From NCBI RefSeq assembly GCF_056712565.1, contig NZ_CM160072.1: a stretch of 64,000 nucleotides of DNA. One strand, given 5' to 3'. Under the pieces are notes generated by a model. The model searched no databases, was not told the DNA's origin, and was given only the letters and a program-made list of their open reading frames with translations. Positions 11,198 through 28,904 of the stretch are shown piece after piece. The first letter of the stretch is position 1, and each line of letters starts with the position of its first letter. The translations under genes were made by a program, and so were the position numbers.

Positions 11198-11851
11198 TTA
11201 CTTGCGAGTGACAGCCCGGACGATGCGGTCGCCTGCGAACTGAATTAAATAAACCAGAATGACCAGCAATACCAGTACCGTATTCATCACCGTCGCGTTG
11301 TAGCCGATGTAGCCATACTGATAGCCAATCTGACCTAAACCACCGGCACCGACTGCACCACCCATCGCGGAATAACCAACCAGGGTAATCAGGGTGATAG
11401 TTGCCGCATTCACCAGACCCGGCAACGCTTCCGGTAACAGCACTTTACGGACGATCTGCATTGGCGTGGCCCCCATTGCGCGGGAAGCTTCAATTAACCC
11501 GGTTGGGATCTCCAGCAGAGCGTTCTCGACCATACGGGCAATAAACGGTGCTGCACCAACGGTTAACGGAACAATCGCTGCCTGCAATCCAATCGATGTA
11601 CCGACAATAACGCGGGTAAACGGAATCATCCATACCAGCAAGATAATGAACGGGATGGAACGGAAAATGTTCACAATCGCAGAAATGGTACGATACAACT
11701 TCGCGTTAGCAATAATTTGCCCCGGACGCGTGACATAAAGCAGAACGCCAACCGGCAGACCAATCACAAAGCCAAAAAAACCGGATACGAAGGTCATTGC
11801 CAGTGTTTCCCATACGCCACGAACCAGCAGCCATATCATCGGCTCAGACAT
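11198..11851 (-). CDS. metI: D-methionine ABC transporter permease
   Basis: 217-aa polytopic membrane protein; operon position between metN and metQ. Confidence 0.9.
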
Positions 11852-12875
11852 AACCCAGTACCTCTACTTTTACATGGTGTTCCTGAAGCCAGGCAATGGC
11901 GGCTTGCGTATCTTGTTGTGTGCCGTGCATTTCAGTCAGCATAATGCCGAACTTAACGCCACCGGCGTAATCCATCTGCGCGCTAATAATGTTGTTGTTG
12001 ACGTTGAAACGACGCGCGGTTTCAGAAAGCAGTGGGGCATCGACCGATTGACCGGTAAACTCCAGACGCAGCATCGGCACGCAGTCAGTAAATGGCTCCG
12101 CTTGCAGACGTTCCTGGTAATCTTCCGGGATATCCAGATGCAGGGTCGACTGAATAAACTTCTGCGCCAGCGGCGTTTTCGGATGCGAGAACACTTCACT
12201 TACCGTGTCCTGCTCGATCAGTTCGCCATTGCTGATGACCGCCACGCAATCACAAATGCGCTTCACAACGTCCATTTCGTGAGTGATCAACAGAATCGTC
12301 AAACCCAGACGGCGGTTGATGTCTTTCAGCAGTTCGAGAATAGAACGTGTCGTTGCCGGGTCCAGCGCGCTGGTGGCTTCATCACACAGCAATACTTTGG
12401 GATTGCTGGCTAATGCACGGGCAATCGCCACACGTTGTTTCTGCCCACCGGAAAGATTCGACGGGTAGCTATCATGCTTATCGCCAAGACCAACCAATGA
12501 CAGCAATTCCGTCACGCGACGTTTGATCTCGTCTTTCGGTGTGTTGTCCAGCTCCAGCGGCAGAGCCACGTTGCCAAAAACAGTACGCGAAGAGAGCAGG
12601 TTAAAATGCTGGAAAATCATACCAATCTGGCGACGAGCTTTGGTCAACTCGGATTCTGACAGCGTGGTCAGTTCCTGGCCATCGACCAGCACGCTACCCT
12701 CGGTTGGGCGCTCCAGCAGGTTTACACAACGTATAAGCGTACTCTTACCCGCGCCTGAGGCACCGATAACGCCATAAATTTGTCCAGCTGGCACATGCAG
12801 GCTGACGTTGTTCAACGCCTGGATGGTGCGGGTGCCCTGGTGGAACACTTTGGTGATATTCGAAAGTTTTATCAT
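11844..12875 (-). CDS. metN: D-methionine ABC transporter ATP-binding protein
   Basis: 343-aa ORF with Walker A (GASGAGKST), ABC signature (LSGGQKQR) and Walker B motifs. Confidence 0.9.
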
Positions 12876-12957
12876 TGATTATTTATTATCGTCATTAAGT
12901 TAGTCGTGGCATTTCGAATGCCTGGAACGGGCAACGCCGTCAATGAAATGGATGTTA

Positions 12958-12981
12958 AGGCATCCAGACGTCTAAATCAAT
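12958..12981. promoter_or_regulatory. Candidate MetJ operator (met boxes) upstream of metN
   Basis: Perfect AGACGTCT octamer at 12966-12973 flanked by degenerate octamers, ~90 bp upstream of the metN start on the opposite strand. Confidence 0.4.
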
Positions 12982-13062
12982 CAGGTTTATGCGAAGAGCA
13001 CTTTCTTGCAGGTCGAAACATGCGATACTAGCGTCACATGCCTTATTAAGGAGCTATAAAAG

Positions 13063-13635
13063 GTGGCGAAGAGCGTACCCGCAATTTTTCTTGACCGTGA
13101 TGGCACCATTAATGTCGATCACGGTTATGTCCATGAGATCGACAACTTTGAATTTATCGACGGTGTTATTGACGCCATGCGCGAGCTAAAAAAAATGGGC
13201 TTTGCGCTGGTGGTAGTAACCAACCAGTCTGGCATTGCTCGCGGTAAATTTACTGAAGCACAGTTTGAAACGCTGACCGAGTGGATGGACTGGTCGCTGG
13301 CGGACCGCGATGTCGATCTGGATGGTATCTATTATTGCCCGCATCATCCGCAGGGTAGTGTTGAAGAGTTTCGCCAGGTCTGCGACTGCCGCAAACCACA
13401 TCCGGGGATGTTTTTGTCAGCACGCGATTATTTGCATATTGATATGGCCGCTTCTTATATGGTGGGCGATAAATTAGAAGATATGCAGGCAGCGGCTGCG
13501 GCGAGCGTGGGAACAAAAGTGCTGGTGCGTACGGGTAAACCTATTACGCCTGAAGCAGAAAACGCGGCGGATTGGGTGTTAAATAGCCTGGCAGACCTTC
13601 CGCAAGCGATAAAAAAGCAGCAAAAACCGGCGTAA
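13063..13635 (+). CDS. gmhB: D-glycero-beta-D-manno-heptose-1,7-bisphosphate 7-phosphatase
   Basis: 190-aa HAD-family ORF with the DRDGT motif (FLDRDGTIN). Confidence 0.9.
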   Translation: MAKSVPAIFLDRDGTINVDHGYVHEIDNFEFIDGVIDAMRELKKMGFALVVVTNQSGIARGKFTEAQFETLTEWMDWSLADRDVDLDGIYYCPHHPQGSVEEFRQVCDCRKPHPGMFLSARDYLHIDMAASYMVGDKLEDMQAAAAASVGTKVLVRTGKPITPEAENAADWVLNSLADLPQAIKKQQKPA

Positions 13636-13678
13636 TGATTAAAAGATGAGCGGTTGAAATAAAAATGCATTTTTCCGC

Positions 13679-13706
13679 TTGTCTTCCTGAAACGACTCCC
13701 TATAAT
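13679..13706 (+). promoter_or_regulatory. rRNA operon promoter P1
   Basis: TTGTCT -35 (13679-13684) and TATAAT -10 (13701-13706) at 16-bp spacing, with an AT-rich UP-like region upstream; resembles rrn P1 promoters. Confidence 0.6.
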
Positions 13707-13788
13707 GCGCCTCCATCGACACGGCGGATGTGAATCACTTCACACAAACAGCCGGTTCGGTTGAAGAGAAAAATCCTGAAATTCAGGG

Positions 13789-13816
13789 TTGACTCTGAAA
13801 GAGGAAAGCGTAATAT
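13789..13816 (+). promoter_or_regulatory. rRNA operon promoter P2
   Basis: TTGACT -35 (13789-13794) and TAATAT -10 (13811-13816), ~110 bp downstream of P1 as in rrn operons. Confidence 0.6.
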
Positions 13817-13857
13817 ACGCCACCTCGCGACAGTGAGCTGAAAGCCGCGTCGCAACT

Positions 13858-13870
13858 GCTCTTTAACAAT
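13858..13870 (+). promoter_or_regulatory. rrn boxA antitermination element
   Basis: TGCTCTTTAACAA matches the rrn leader boxA consensus. Confidence 0.7.
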
Positions 13871-14000
13871 TTATCAGACAATCTGTGTGGGCACTCGAAG
13901 ATACGGATTCTTAACGTCGCAAGACGAAAAATGAATACCAAGTCTCAGGAGTGAACACGTAATTCATTACGAAGTTTAATTCTTTGAGCATCAAACTTTT

Positions 14001-15542
<1,542 letters not shown>

Positions 15543-15610
15543 CCTTAAAGAAGCGTACTTTGAAGTGCTCACACAGATTGTCTGATGAAAATGAGCAGTA
15601 AAACCTCTAC

Positions 15611-15687
<77 letters not shown>

Positions 15688-15729
15688 AATTTGCACCGCA
15701 AATTTGAAGAGGTTTTAACTACATGTTAT

Positions 15730-15805
15730 GGGGCTATAGCTCAGCTGGGAGAGCGCCTGCTTTGCACGCAGGAGGTCTGCGGTTCGATCCCGCATAGCTC
15801 CACCA
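15730..15805 (+). tRNA. alaV: tRNA-Ala (TGC anticodon)
   Basis: GGGGCTATAGCTCAGCTGGGAGAGC...CTCCACCA cloverleaf in the 16S-23S spacer. Confidence 0.95.
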
Positions 15806-15979
15806 TCTCTGTAGTGATTAAATAAAAAATACTTCAGAGTGTACCTGCAAAGGTTCACTGCGAAGTTTTGCTCTTTAAAAATCTGGATCAAGCTGAAAAT
15901 TGAAACACTGAACAATGAAAGTTGTTCGTGAGTCTCTCAAATTTTCGCAACTCTGAAGTGAAACATCTTCGGGTTGTGA

Positions 15980-18883
<2,904 letters not shown>

Positions 18884-18980
18884 ACAACGCCGAAGCTGTT
18901 TTGGCGGATGAGAGAAGATTTTCAGCCTGATACAGATTAAATCGACAGGTCAGAACAGGACGTGTTGATAAAACAGAATT

Positions 18981-19100
18981 TGCCTGGCGGCCGTAGCGCG
19001 GTGGTCCCACCTGACCCCATGCCGAACTCAGAAGTGAAACGCCGTAGCGCCGATGGTAGTGTGGGGTCTCCCCATGCGAGAGTAGGGAACTGCCAGGCAT
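18981..19100 (+). rRNA. rrfH: 5S ribosomal RNA
   Basis: TGCCTGGCGGCCGTAGCGCGGTGG...GGGAACTGCCAGGCAT, 120 nt. Confidence 0.95.
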
Positions 19101-19151
19101 CAAATTTAGCAGTAAGCCGGTTATAAACCGGTGGTTGTAAAAGAATTCGGT

Positions 19152-19228
19152 GGAGCGGTAGTTCAGTCGGTTAGAATACCTGCCTGTCACGCAGGGGGTC
19201 GCGGGTTCGAGTCCCGTCCGTTCCGCCA
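19152..19228 (+). tRNA. aspU: tRNA-Asp (GTC anticodon), distal tRNA of the rrn operon
   Basis: GGAGCGGTAGTTCAGTCGGTTAGAATACCTGCCTGTCACGCAGG...TTCCGCCA; identical to the second copy at 27375-27451. Confidence 0.95.
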
Positions 19229-19236
19229 CTTATTAA

Positions 19237-19269
19237 GAAGCCTCGAGTTAACGCTCGAGGTTTTTTTTC
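19237..19269 (+). terminator. Rho-independent terminator of the rrn operon
   Basis: CCTCGAG-TTAACG-CTCGAGG hairpin followed by a T8 tract. Confidence 0.7.
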
Positions 19270-19390
19270 GTTTGTATTTCTATTATTGCCAAAATCGCAA
19301 AAATCCTCTGCGTTTTACGCCATTTTTCCACAACTGTCTGAAGCCCATAATCACCTCAGTTAACGAAAATAGCATTAAAAGAGGCATATT

Positions 19391-20194
19391 ATGGCTATCC
19401 CTGCATTTGGTTTAGGCACTTTCCGTCTGAAAGACGACGTTGTTATTTCATCTGTGAAAACGGCGCTTGAACTTGATTATCGCGCAATTGATACCGCACA
19501 AATCTATGATAACGAAGCCGCAGTAGGTCAGGCGATTGCAGAAAGTGGCGTGCCACGTCATGAACTCTACATCACCACTAAAATCTGGATTGAAAATCTC
19601 AGCAAAGACAAATTGATCCCGAGTCTGAAAGAGAGCCTGCAAAAATTGCGTACCGATTATGTTGATCTGACGCTAATCCACTGGCCGTCACCAAGCGATG
19701 AAGTCTCTGCTGAAGAGTTTATGCAGGCGCTGCTGGAAGCCAAAAAACAAGGGCTGACGCGTGAGATCGGTATTTCCAACTTCACGATCCCATTGATGGA
19801 AAAAGCGATTGCTGCTGTTGGCGCTGAAAACATCGCTACTAACCAGATTGAACTCTCTCCTTATCTGCAAAACCGTAAAGTGGTCGCTTGGGCTAAACAG
19901 CACGGTATCCATATTACTTCCTATATGACTCTGGCGTATGGCAATGCACTGAAAGATAAGGTTATTGCTCGTATTGCAGCTAAACACAATGCGACTCCGG
20001 CTCAAGTGATTCTGGCGTGGGCTATGGGGGAAGGTTACTCAGTAATTCCTTCTTCTACTAAACGTGAAAACCTGGAGAGTAATCTTAAGGCACAAAATTT
20101 ACAGCTTGATGCCGAAGATAAAAAAGCGATCGCCGCACTGGATTGCAACGACCGCCTGGTTAGCCCGGAAGGTCTGGCTCCTGAATGGGATTAA
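19391..20194 (+). CDS. dkgB: 2,5-diketo-D-gluconate reductase B (aldo-keto reductase)
   Basis: 267-aa AKR-family [19 protein letters not shown]... Confidence 0.9.
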   Translation: MAIPAFGLGTFRLKDDVVISSVKTALELDYRAIDTAQIYDNEAAVGQAIAESGVPRHELYITTKIWIENLSKDKLIPSLKESLQKLRTDYVDLTLIHWPSPSDEVSAEEFMQALLEAKKQGLTREIGISNFTIPLMEKAIAAVGAENIATNQIELSPYLQNRKVVAWAKQHGIHITSYMTLAYGNALKDKVIARIAAKHNATPAQVILAWAMGEGYSVIPSSTKRENLESNLKAQNLQLDAEDKKAIAALDCNDRLVSPEGLAPEWD

Positions 20195-21105
20195 GCCTCT
20201 CTGACAGCTCCTCCGGGAGCTGTTTTTACATGTCCGCTAAGGAAATCGATAAAAGCCCGGATGCGCGTACTTACCGCACGGTCGCTGTAATAGACTGCAC
20301 TGAATGGCATTTCCACTGGCAACACTTTATCTGCCATTAACTCCACCAATTCTCCGCGAGCGATTTCTTTGTCGATCATGTAGTCGGACAAACACGCAAT
20401 CCCGTTGCCACTCAGGCAAAGCTGTTTCAGTGTTTCCCCACTATTGGATGACAAACCGTACTTCACCTCATGTAATTGTCCATCGCTACAGGCTATCGGC
20501 CAGGTATTGAGGGAAGCGGGTTCAGTGAATCTCAGGCAAATATGTTGCTTTAAATCGTCGATCGTTTCTGGCTTCCCGTAGCAGGAAATATAATCGGGGG
20601 AGGCGATAATTTTTCGATAACTGTTAAATAACGGCCTGGCACGTAAGCTGGAATCCGTTAACGTACCGGCGCGTATCGCGACATCCACTTTTCTTTCGAT
20701 CAAATTAATAATCGTTTCGGAGGAGACTAGCGATAAAGTGACTTCCGGATAGCGTTCACGAAAAGGCTTAATCAACGGCATCAGAAAGTGCAGCACCACT
20801 GGAGTTGCGGCATCGATCCGTAACAGTCCACGCGGTGTATTACGCGTCTCCATAATTTCTGATTCTGCCGCTGCCATCTCCTGCAAAATTGACTGTACGC
20901 GATGAAAATAACGCTCGCCTTCTTCCGTCAGGCTAAGTTGCCGCGTGGTCCGATTAAGCAGGCTAACGCCAAGTTTCATCTCCAGCTTTTTCACCGCCCG
21001 GCTTACCGCTGAGTTTGCTTGCCCTAATTGTTCCGCTGCCCGGCTAAAGCTGCCGCTTTCGACGACTGAAACAAAAATGGCGAGTTCTTCCGACGTGGCT
21101 TTCAT
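20191..21105 (-). CDS. yafC: LysR-family transcriptional regulator
   Basis: 304-aa ORF with N-terminal helix-turn-helix and LysR substrate-binding domain; convergent with dkgB, overlapping by 4 nt. Confidence 0.85.
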   Translation of the reverse strand: MKATSEELAIFVSVVESGSFSRAAEQLGQANSAVSRAVKKLEMKLGVSLLNRTTRQLSLTEEGERYFHRVQSILQEMAAAESEIMETRNTPRGLLRIDAATPVVLHFLMPLIKPFRERYPEVTLSLVSSETIINLIERKVDVAIRAGTLTDSSLRARPLFNSYRKIIASPDYISCYGKPETIDDLKQHICLRFTEPASLNTWPIACSDGQLHEVKYGLSSNSGETLKQLCLSGNGIACLSDYMIDKEIARGELVELMADKVLPVEMPFSAVYYSDRAVSTRIRAFIDFLSGHVKTAPGGAVREA

Positions 21106-21294
21106 TTTTGCTCCTGTTGCAAAATAGAAGAGATATTTTGAATTTATTTGTCATTAAACCATCAGGATGCGAGATATGCCATCCGATTTAATGTTCTCAA
21201 TAATGAGCAAAATCCTGACCGGTGTAAGCACTTGCTTACATAACAATATACAATTGCTCGTTGAAAGAGTGAGCTAAAATCCCTATAACAGTAG

Positions 21295-22146
<852 letters not shown>

Positions 22147-22223
22147 GGTATGTCAGGTCTGCCACAGGGCAGACCAACGTTTGGCGCTGCCCTTTTATAC
22201 TCAAACAACAAAAGGACAGCGCA

Positions 22224-22994
22224 ATGACAACACAATCCCACCATGACCACGTAGAAAAGCAGTTTAGCTCTCAAGCCAGCGAATATCTGACCAGTACCGT
22301 ACATGCATCCGGACGAGATTTACAGCGCCTGGCGGTGCGTCTGGCTGATTATCCTGATGCAAGTGTACTTGATATGGGCTGCGGAGCAGGGCATGCCAGC
22401 TTTGTTGCTGCGCAAAACGTGAGCGCGGTGGTAGCGTATGACTTATCTGCCCAAATGCTGGATGTCGTGGCACAAGCTGCCGAAGCCCGGCAACTGAAAA
22501 ATATCACCACCCGCCAGGGTTATGCCGAAAGTCTGCCATTTGCCGATAACGCATTTGATATTGTTATCAGCCGTTATTCTGCCCATCACTGGCATGATGT
22601 TGGTGCAGCACTGCGTGAAGTGAACCGGATATTGAAACCTGGCGGTAGGCTGATTGTGATGGACGTAATGTCTCCGGGCCACCCAGTGCGCGACATCTGG
22701 TTACAGACGGTAGAAGCATTACGCGATACCTCTCACGTACGAAACTACGCCAGCGGTGAGTGGTTGAGGTTAATCAATGAAGCCAATCTGATAGTTGATA
22801 ATTTAATTACAGATAAGTTACCGCTGGAATTTTCTTCATGGGTCGCGAGAATGCGTACGCCAGAAGCGTTAGTAGACGCTATTCGCATTTACCAACAGAG
22901 CGCATCGACAGAGGTGAAAACGTATTTTGCCTTGCAGAATGATGGCTCTTTCACCAGTGATATCATCATGGTAGAAGCACATAAAGCAGCATAA
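22224..22994 (+). CDS. yafE: Class I SAM-dependent methyltransferase YafE
   Basis: 256-aa ORF with SAM-binding motif (VLDMGCGAGH), preceded by AAAGGA RBS. Confidence 0.8.
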   Translation: MTTQSHHDHVEKQFSSQASEYLTSTVHASGRDLQRLAVRLADYPDASVLDMGCGAGHASFVAAQNVSAVVAYDLSAQMLDVVAQAAEARQLKNITTRQGYAESLPFADNAFDIVISRYSAHHWHDVGAALREVNRILKPGGRLIVMDVMSPGHPVRDIWLQTVEALRDTSHVRNYASGEWLRLINEANLIVDNLITDKLPLEFSSWVARMRTPEALVDAIRIYQQSASTEVKTYFALQNDGSFTSDIIMVEAHKAA

Positions 22995-22996
22995 AT

Positions 22997-23030
22997 AAAA
23001 AAGGCACCGGGGGAATCGGTGCCTTTCATT
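22997..23030. terminator. Bidirectional hairpin between convergent yafE and mltD
   Basis: AAAAAGGCACCG...CGGTGCCTTT inverted repeat. Confidence 0.5.
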
Positions 23031-23040
23031 ATCTGGTTTG

Positions 23041-24399
23041 TCAGGAATCTGGCATGTTGTTGTTTTTCACAAACAACGTCAGCTTATCGCCTGGTTGCAG
23101 ATTCGCAGTATCGCTGTTCCAGCGCATCACATCTTTGATGTTCACGCCGTGGCGTTTAGCAATGCTTGAAAGCGAATCGCCTTTGCGCACACGATACGTA
23201 ATGCTATCGCTGTTGTTTGCCAACCGCTGTGCGCTACTACCTGCGCCAATCGTCAAGCTTTGGCCTGGCTTCAGCTTAGATCCGCGCAGTTTGTTCCACT
23301 GCTGCAAATCTTTGGTGCTAACGCCGAGACGTGAAGCGATACTTGAAAGCGTGTCGCCAGAGCGTACGGTGTAAACACGGCTGTTAAGCGGCGTATTGTC
23401 GGCAACCAGCGTCGACTGTACAGCAGCAATTTCGCCCGAAGCCAGAGATTCACGCAGTTGATCTGCATGCTTCTTTGGCACCATCACGTACTGCGGACCA
23501 CTTGCGCCCAGCGTGGAGCCTTTCACGCCAGCGTTGAATGTCTTCAGCTTGCTGACGGAAATCCCCGCCATATCTGCAACCTTCGCCATTTCAACCGGGC
23601 TGCTCAGGTGCACACGCGCCAGAGCACGGCTTTCATCGGTCGTTGGCAGACGTACGCCATAACGCTTGCTGTTTTTGAGAATATCACTCAATGCCAGCAT
23701 TTTAGGCACGTACTGCTTCGTTTCCTGCGGCAACGGTAACGACCAGAAGTCCGTGGATTTCCCACGCGCTTTGTTCGTTTTAATTGCCTTCATGACCCGA
23801 CCTTCGCCGCTGTTATAAGCCGCTACGGTCAGAAGCCAGTCGCCGTCAAACATCTTGTTCAGACGCTGCATCATGTTCAGCGCGGCAGTTGTTGAAGCAA
23901 CAACATCGCGACGCGCGTCATAATTGCGTGTCTGTTTCAAACCATAATTGCGCCCCGTGCTCGGAATGATCTGCCAGATGCCCGCGGCATTGGCGCCAGA
24001 CGTTGCGTGAGGATCAAAAGCGCTCTCCACTATGGGTAGTAGTACCAGTTCCATAGGCATGTTACGTTTTTTAACTTGCCCGGCTATCCAGTACATATAC
24101 GGCTCTGCCCGTAAAGTTACATCGTGGAGATAGCTCTTATTGCGTAAATATTTCTGTTTCTGTTCGCGAATCCGGTCGTTTTCCGGAATTCCCATCTTTA
24201 GCTCGTCGCCAATGAAAGCCCACAAGTCACCATCTGGCGCGATAGACGTCCCATCGTCCATCCATCGTGCCTGACTTGTAAACTTTGCTGCTTCCCCTTG
24301 ACCAGCTGCAGAAAGGCTCTGTGCGTGCTGTTGAACGTTGCCGGTGCTCTGGCAACCCACGAGCAGGACAGAGGCGAGTAATATCGCTTTTGCCTTCAT
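23041..24399 (-). CDS. mltD: Membrane-bound lytic murein transglycosylase D
   Basis: 452-aa ORF with lipoprotein signal (LLVGCQS), SLT domain and C-terminal LysM repeats. Confidence 0.9.
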   Translation of the reverse strand: MKAKAILLASVLLVGCQSTGNVQQHAQSLSAAGQGEAAKFTSQARWMDDGTSIAPDGDLWAFIGDELKMGIPENDRIREQKQKYLRNKSYLHDVTLRAEPYMYWIAGQVKKRNMPMELVLLPIVESAFDPHATSGANAAGIWQIIPSTGRNYGLKQTRNYDARRDVVASTTAALNMMQRLNKMFDGDWLLTVAAYNSGEGRVMKAIKTNKARGKSTDFWSLPLPQETKQYVPKMLALSDILKNSKRYGVRLPTTDESRALARVHLSSPVEMAKVADMAGISVSKLKTFNAGVKGSTLGASGPQYVMVPKKHADQLRESLASGEIAAVQSTLVADNTPLNSRVYTVRSGDTLSSIASRLGVSTKDLQQWNKLRGSKLKPGQSLTIGAGSSAQRLANNSDSITYRVRKGDSLSSIAKRHGVNIKDVMRWNSDTANLQPGDKLTLFVKNNNMPDS

Positions 24400-24470
24400 G
24401 TGTGTGTCAATAGTTGCTTAAAAGACGACCGATCATAACGGCGAACGGAGCCGATGACAAGAAAGTTTTA

Positions 24471-25229
<759 letters not shown>

Positions 25230-25259
25230 TTACCTCTCAGTGTGAAACGGAAGGTTGTG

Positions 25260-25982
25260 ATGAAACCGGCAAGAGTCCCTCAAACTGTCGTGGCTCCTGA
25301 TTGCTGGGGCGATTTGCCCTGGGGAGAGCTTTATCGCAAGGCGCTGGAGCGTCAGCTCAACCCGTGGTTCACTAAAATGTATGGTTTTCATCTGCTTAAG
25401 ATTGGCAATTTAAGCGCAGAAATCAATTGCGAAGCGTGCGCGGTTTCTCATCAAGTGAATGTTTCTGCGCAAGGAATGCCCGTCCAGGTGCAGGCGGACC
25501 CACTTCATCTTCCTTTTGCCGATAAATCCGTTGATGTTTGTCTACTGGCACATACATTGCCGTGGTGCACTGATCCGCATCGTTTATTGCGTGAAGCCGA
25601 TCGGGTACTGATTGATGATGGCTGGCTGGTGATTAGTGGCTTCAATCCCATCAGTTTAATGGGATTACGCAAACTTGTGCCGGTATTGCGCAAAACATCG
25701 CCCTATAACAGCCGGATGTTCACTCTGATGCGGCAGCTGGACTGGCTCTCTTTGTTGAATTTTGAAGTGCTACACGCCAGCCGTTTCCACGTTCTCCCGT
25801 GGAACAAACACGGAGGAAAACTATTGAATGCGCATATTCCTGCGCTTGGTTGCTTACAACTTATTGTTGCCCGGAAACGGACTATTCCTTTAACGCTAAA
25901 TCCGATGAAACAGAGCAAGAACAAACCGCGAATTCGCCAGGCGGTTGGTGCCACCCGGCAATGTCGTAAACCACAGGCTTAA
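25260..25982 (+). CDS. yafS: SAM-dependent methyltransferase YafS
   Basis: 240-aa product from the ATG at 25260 ([11 protein letters not shown]...); the ORF-track GTG at 25242 is 6 codons upstream. Confidence 0.8.
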
Positions 25983-26446
25983 ACTTCGACTTGATAGCCT
26001 GTATCTTCCAGTGTGGGATTCATTGCCGCAGCACGAGCCAGTTCATCACAGCGTTCGTTTTCCGGGTGTCCGGCATGGCCTTTAACCCATTCCCATTTGA
26101 TTTGATGCTGCCCCAGAGCAGCATCAAGACGTTGCCAGAGATCGACATTTTTTACTGGTTTTTTGTCTGCTGTTTTCCAACCACGTTTTTTCCAGTTATG
26201 GATCCACTGGGTGATACCCTGGCGGACATACTGGCTGTCGGTACTCAAAATGACTTCGCAATGTTCTTTTAACGCCTCCAGCGCGACAATAGCGGCCATC
26301 AACTCCATACGGTTGTTGGTGGTGCGGGTGTAGCCAGCGCTAAAGGTTTTCTCGCGTCCGCGATAGCGTAAAATAGCGCCGTAACCCCCAGGTCCAGGAT
26401 TACCCAGACACGAACCATCGGTGAAAATTTCTACCTGTTTAAGCAT
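25979..26446 (-). CDS. rnhA: Ribonuclease HI
   Basis: 155-aa product from [23 protein letters not shown]; the ORF-track start at 26557 is an in-frame extension into the dnaQ divergent region. Confidence 0.9.
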
Positions 26447-26510
26447 CTCTGGTAGACTTCCTGTAATTGAATCGAACTGTAAAACGATAAGTCTGACATA
26501 AATGACCGCT

Positions 26511-27242
26511 ATGAGCACTGCAATTACACGCCAGATCGTTCTCGATACCGAAACCACCGGTATGAACCAGATTGGTGCGCACTATGAAGGCCACAAGATC
26601 ATTGAGATTGGTGCCGTTGAAGTGGTGAACCGTCGCCTGACGGGCAATAACTTCCATGTTTATCTCAAACCCGATCGGCTGGTGGATCCGGAAGCCTTTG
26701 GCGTACATGGTATTGCCGATGAATTTTTGCTCGATAAGCCCACGTTTGCCGAGGTAGCCGATGAGTTCATGGACTATATCCGCGGCGCGGAGCTGGTGAT
26801 CCATAACGCAGCGTTCGATATCGGCTTTATGGACTACGAGTTTTCGTTGCTTAAGCGCGATATTCCGAAGACCAATACCTTCTGTAAGGTCACCGATAGC
26901 CTTGCGGTGGCGAGGAAAATGTTTCCCGGTAAGCGCAACAGCCTCGATGCGTTATGTGCCCGCTACGAAATAGATAACAGTAAACGAACGCTGCACGGGG
27001 CATTACTCGATGCCCAGATCCTTGCGGAAGTTTATCTGGCGATGACTGGTGGGCAAACGTCGATGGCTTTTGCGATGGAAGGAGAGACACAACAGCAACA
27101 AGGTGAAACAACAATTCAGCGCATTGTGCGTCAGGCAAGTAAGTTACGCGTTGTTTTTGCGACAGATGAAGAGCTTGCAGCACATGAAGCCCGTCTCGAT
27201 CTGGTGCAGAAGAAAGGCGGAAGCTGCCTCTGGCGGGCATAA
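26511..27242 (+). CDS. dnaQ: DNA polymerase III epsilon subunit (3'-5' proofreading exonuclease)
   Basis: 243-aa product from [19 protein letters not shown] (Exo I motif); divergent from rnhA. Confidence 0.9.
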
Positions 27243-27374
27243 ATACCTGTAAAAGGCGCTAAAAATAGCGACTTGGGCGATTTTTGCAGCAAACGATTCA
27301 AAAGATGAGAAAAACCGTTGACGAAGGGTGAGGCAATCCGTAATATTCGCCTCGTTCCCAACGGAACACAACGC

Positions 27375-27451
27375 GGAGCGGTAGTTCAGTCGGTTAGAAT
27401 ACCTGCCTGTCACGCAGGGGGTCGCGGGTTCGAGTCCCGTCCGTTCCGCCA
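27375..27451 (+). tRNA. aspV: tRNA-Asp (GTC anticodon); island-associated tRNA locus
   Basis: Exact repeat of the aspU sequence; immediately followed by an AT-rich region and the accessory island. Confidence 0.95.
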
Positions 27452-27453
27452 AA

Positions 27454-27510
27454 TTCACTCATGAAAATGAGTTCAGAGAGCCGCAAGATTTTTAATTTTG
27501 CGGTTTTTTC
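27454..27510 (+). terminator. Tandem hairpins downstream of aspV
   Basis: ACTCAT-GAAA-ATGAGT hairpin, then CCGCAA...TTGCGG hairpin followed by a T6 tract. Confidence 0.5.
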
Positions 27511-27779
27511 ATCTAAATCCCGCTATTTCTTCGGTCTATGATTTTGTTATGCTGTAAATGTGTTAATCACATATGATAGACCATGTCATTAATATTTAAT
27601 CATGCTATCGAATCATTCAATTTAAATATATTTGCACGTTATGATTTTCATTTTTCTATTGATTTAATGAATTTATATTTGCTGTTATTTTTTGTTTGTT
27701 CTGATTCAAGTGGAGTATATAATTAAAAATCGTTAGCTAAACATTACCATGATTATGACAGGCGAGGGAGTGTCCGATT

Positions 27780-28565
27780 ATGAATTTAAAAAAGGTTTGT
27801 TGTATATGTGTATTATTCTCGCTGCTTGCAGGATGTGCCTCTGAATCTCCTATTGATGAAAAAAAGAAAAAAACTCAAACCACACAAATTTCTATTAATA
27901 AAAACGTTCCCCAGCAACTAACAGACAAAGATTTATATGGTAATGAAACCACACTGGCTGTATCCGAGGAGGATATTCAAGCTGCGCTTGAAGGAGATGA
28001 GTTTCGTGTGCCTCTTAATTCTCCTGTAATACTTGTTCAGTCTGGCAGTCGCGCACCGGAAACCATTATGCAGGAGGAGATGAGAAAATATTATACAGTT
28101 GCCACATTTTCTGGCATTCCTGACAGGAAAAAAACTGTAACCTGTAATAAAGACAAAAACAAAGATGAAAGCCTGGATATTGTAGATGCCGAAAATATGA
28201 ACTGGATGCAGGCATTGCGTTTTGTTGCAGCAAAAGGCCATCAGAAAGCGATTATTGTTTTCCAGGATACGTTGCAGACAGGAAAATATGACTCTGGATT
28301 GAAATCAATAGTTTGGACAGATTATAAAAATCAAAAATTGACTGACACGATGTCACTGCGTTATTTGGTTCGATTCACGTTGGTGGATGTGGCTACAGGT
28401 GAGTGGGCTACCTGGTCGCCTGTGAATTATGAATCGAAAGTGATTTTTCCGCAGATAGGGAATAAAAATTCTGACAGCCTTGATGTGGCAGAACAGCAGA
28501 TTTCACAACTTAAGCAGAAAACGTATGCAGCAGTGGTTAAAGACCTGGTGAATCGATATCAGTAG
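27780..28565 (+). CDS. yafT: Lipoprotein YafT
   Basis: 261-aa ORF with lipobox (LLAGCASE), low GC, in AT-rich DNA next to aspV. Confidence 0.75.
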   Translation: MNLKKVCCICVLFSLLAGCASESPIDEKKKKTQTTQISINKNVPQQLTDKDLYGNETTLAVSEEDIQAALEGDEFRVPLNSPVILVQSGSRAPETIMQEEMRKYYTVATFSGIPDRKKTVTCNKDKNKDESLDIVDAENMNWMQALRFVAAKGHQKAIIVFQDTLQTGKYDSGLKSIVWTDYKNQKLTDTMSLRYLVRFTLVDVATGEWATWSPVNYESKVIFPQIGNKNSDSLDVAEQQISQLKQKTYAAVVKDLVNRYQ

Positions 28566-28904
28566 TGAGGTTTTATACCAGACGTTTTAGTGGTACTTAG
28601 CAAGAAAGAGCATTTCTCTTTTCTATTTTACACTATGGAACAAGTCTGCTAATTAATTTTACATATGTCTTTTAGGAGTGGTAAAAACTTTCCTAAAGTT
28701 ATTTATTGTCCTCTCAACATATAAGCTGTAATTCGAGTTTTCGGTTGAACTGTCAAAAATACATCATATACATCTATAAAACAGCAGGTACGGTTAATTA
28801 AGAATTTTTATTCGTGATTAACCGTACTTTGTCATTTTATCCTATAATGTTAAATTGCCTTTTTAAAATATAACAATAATGCAGATGAAAGACTCCCTGG
28901 TAAC

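Noticed and set aside
27452-28904. Integrase or attachment-site direct repeat expected for a tRNA-linked island
   Set aside because: No integrase-like ORF and no repeat of the aspV 3' end was found by eye at the island borders; a degenerate repeat may exist but cannot be supported without computation.
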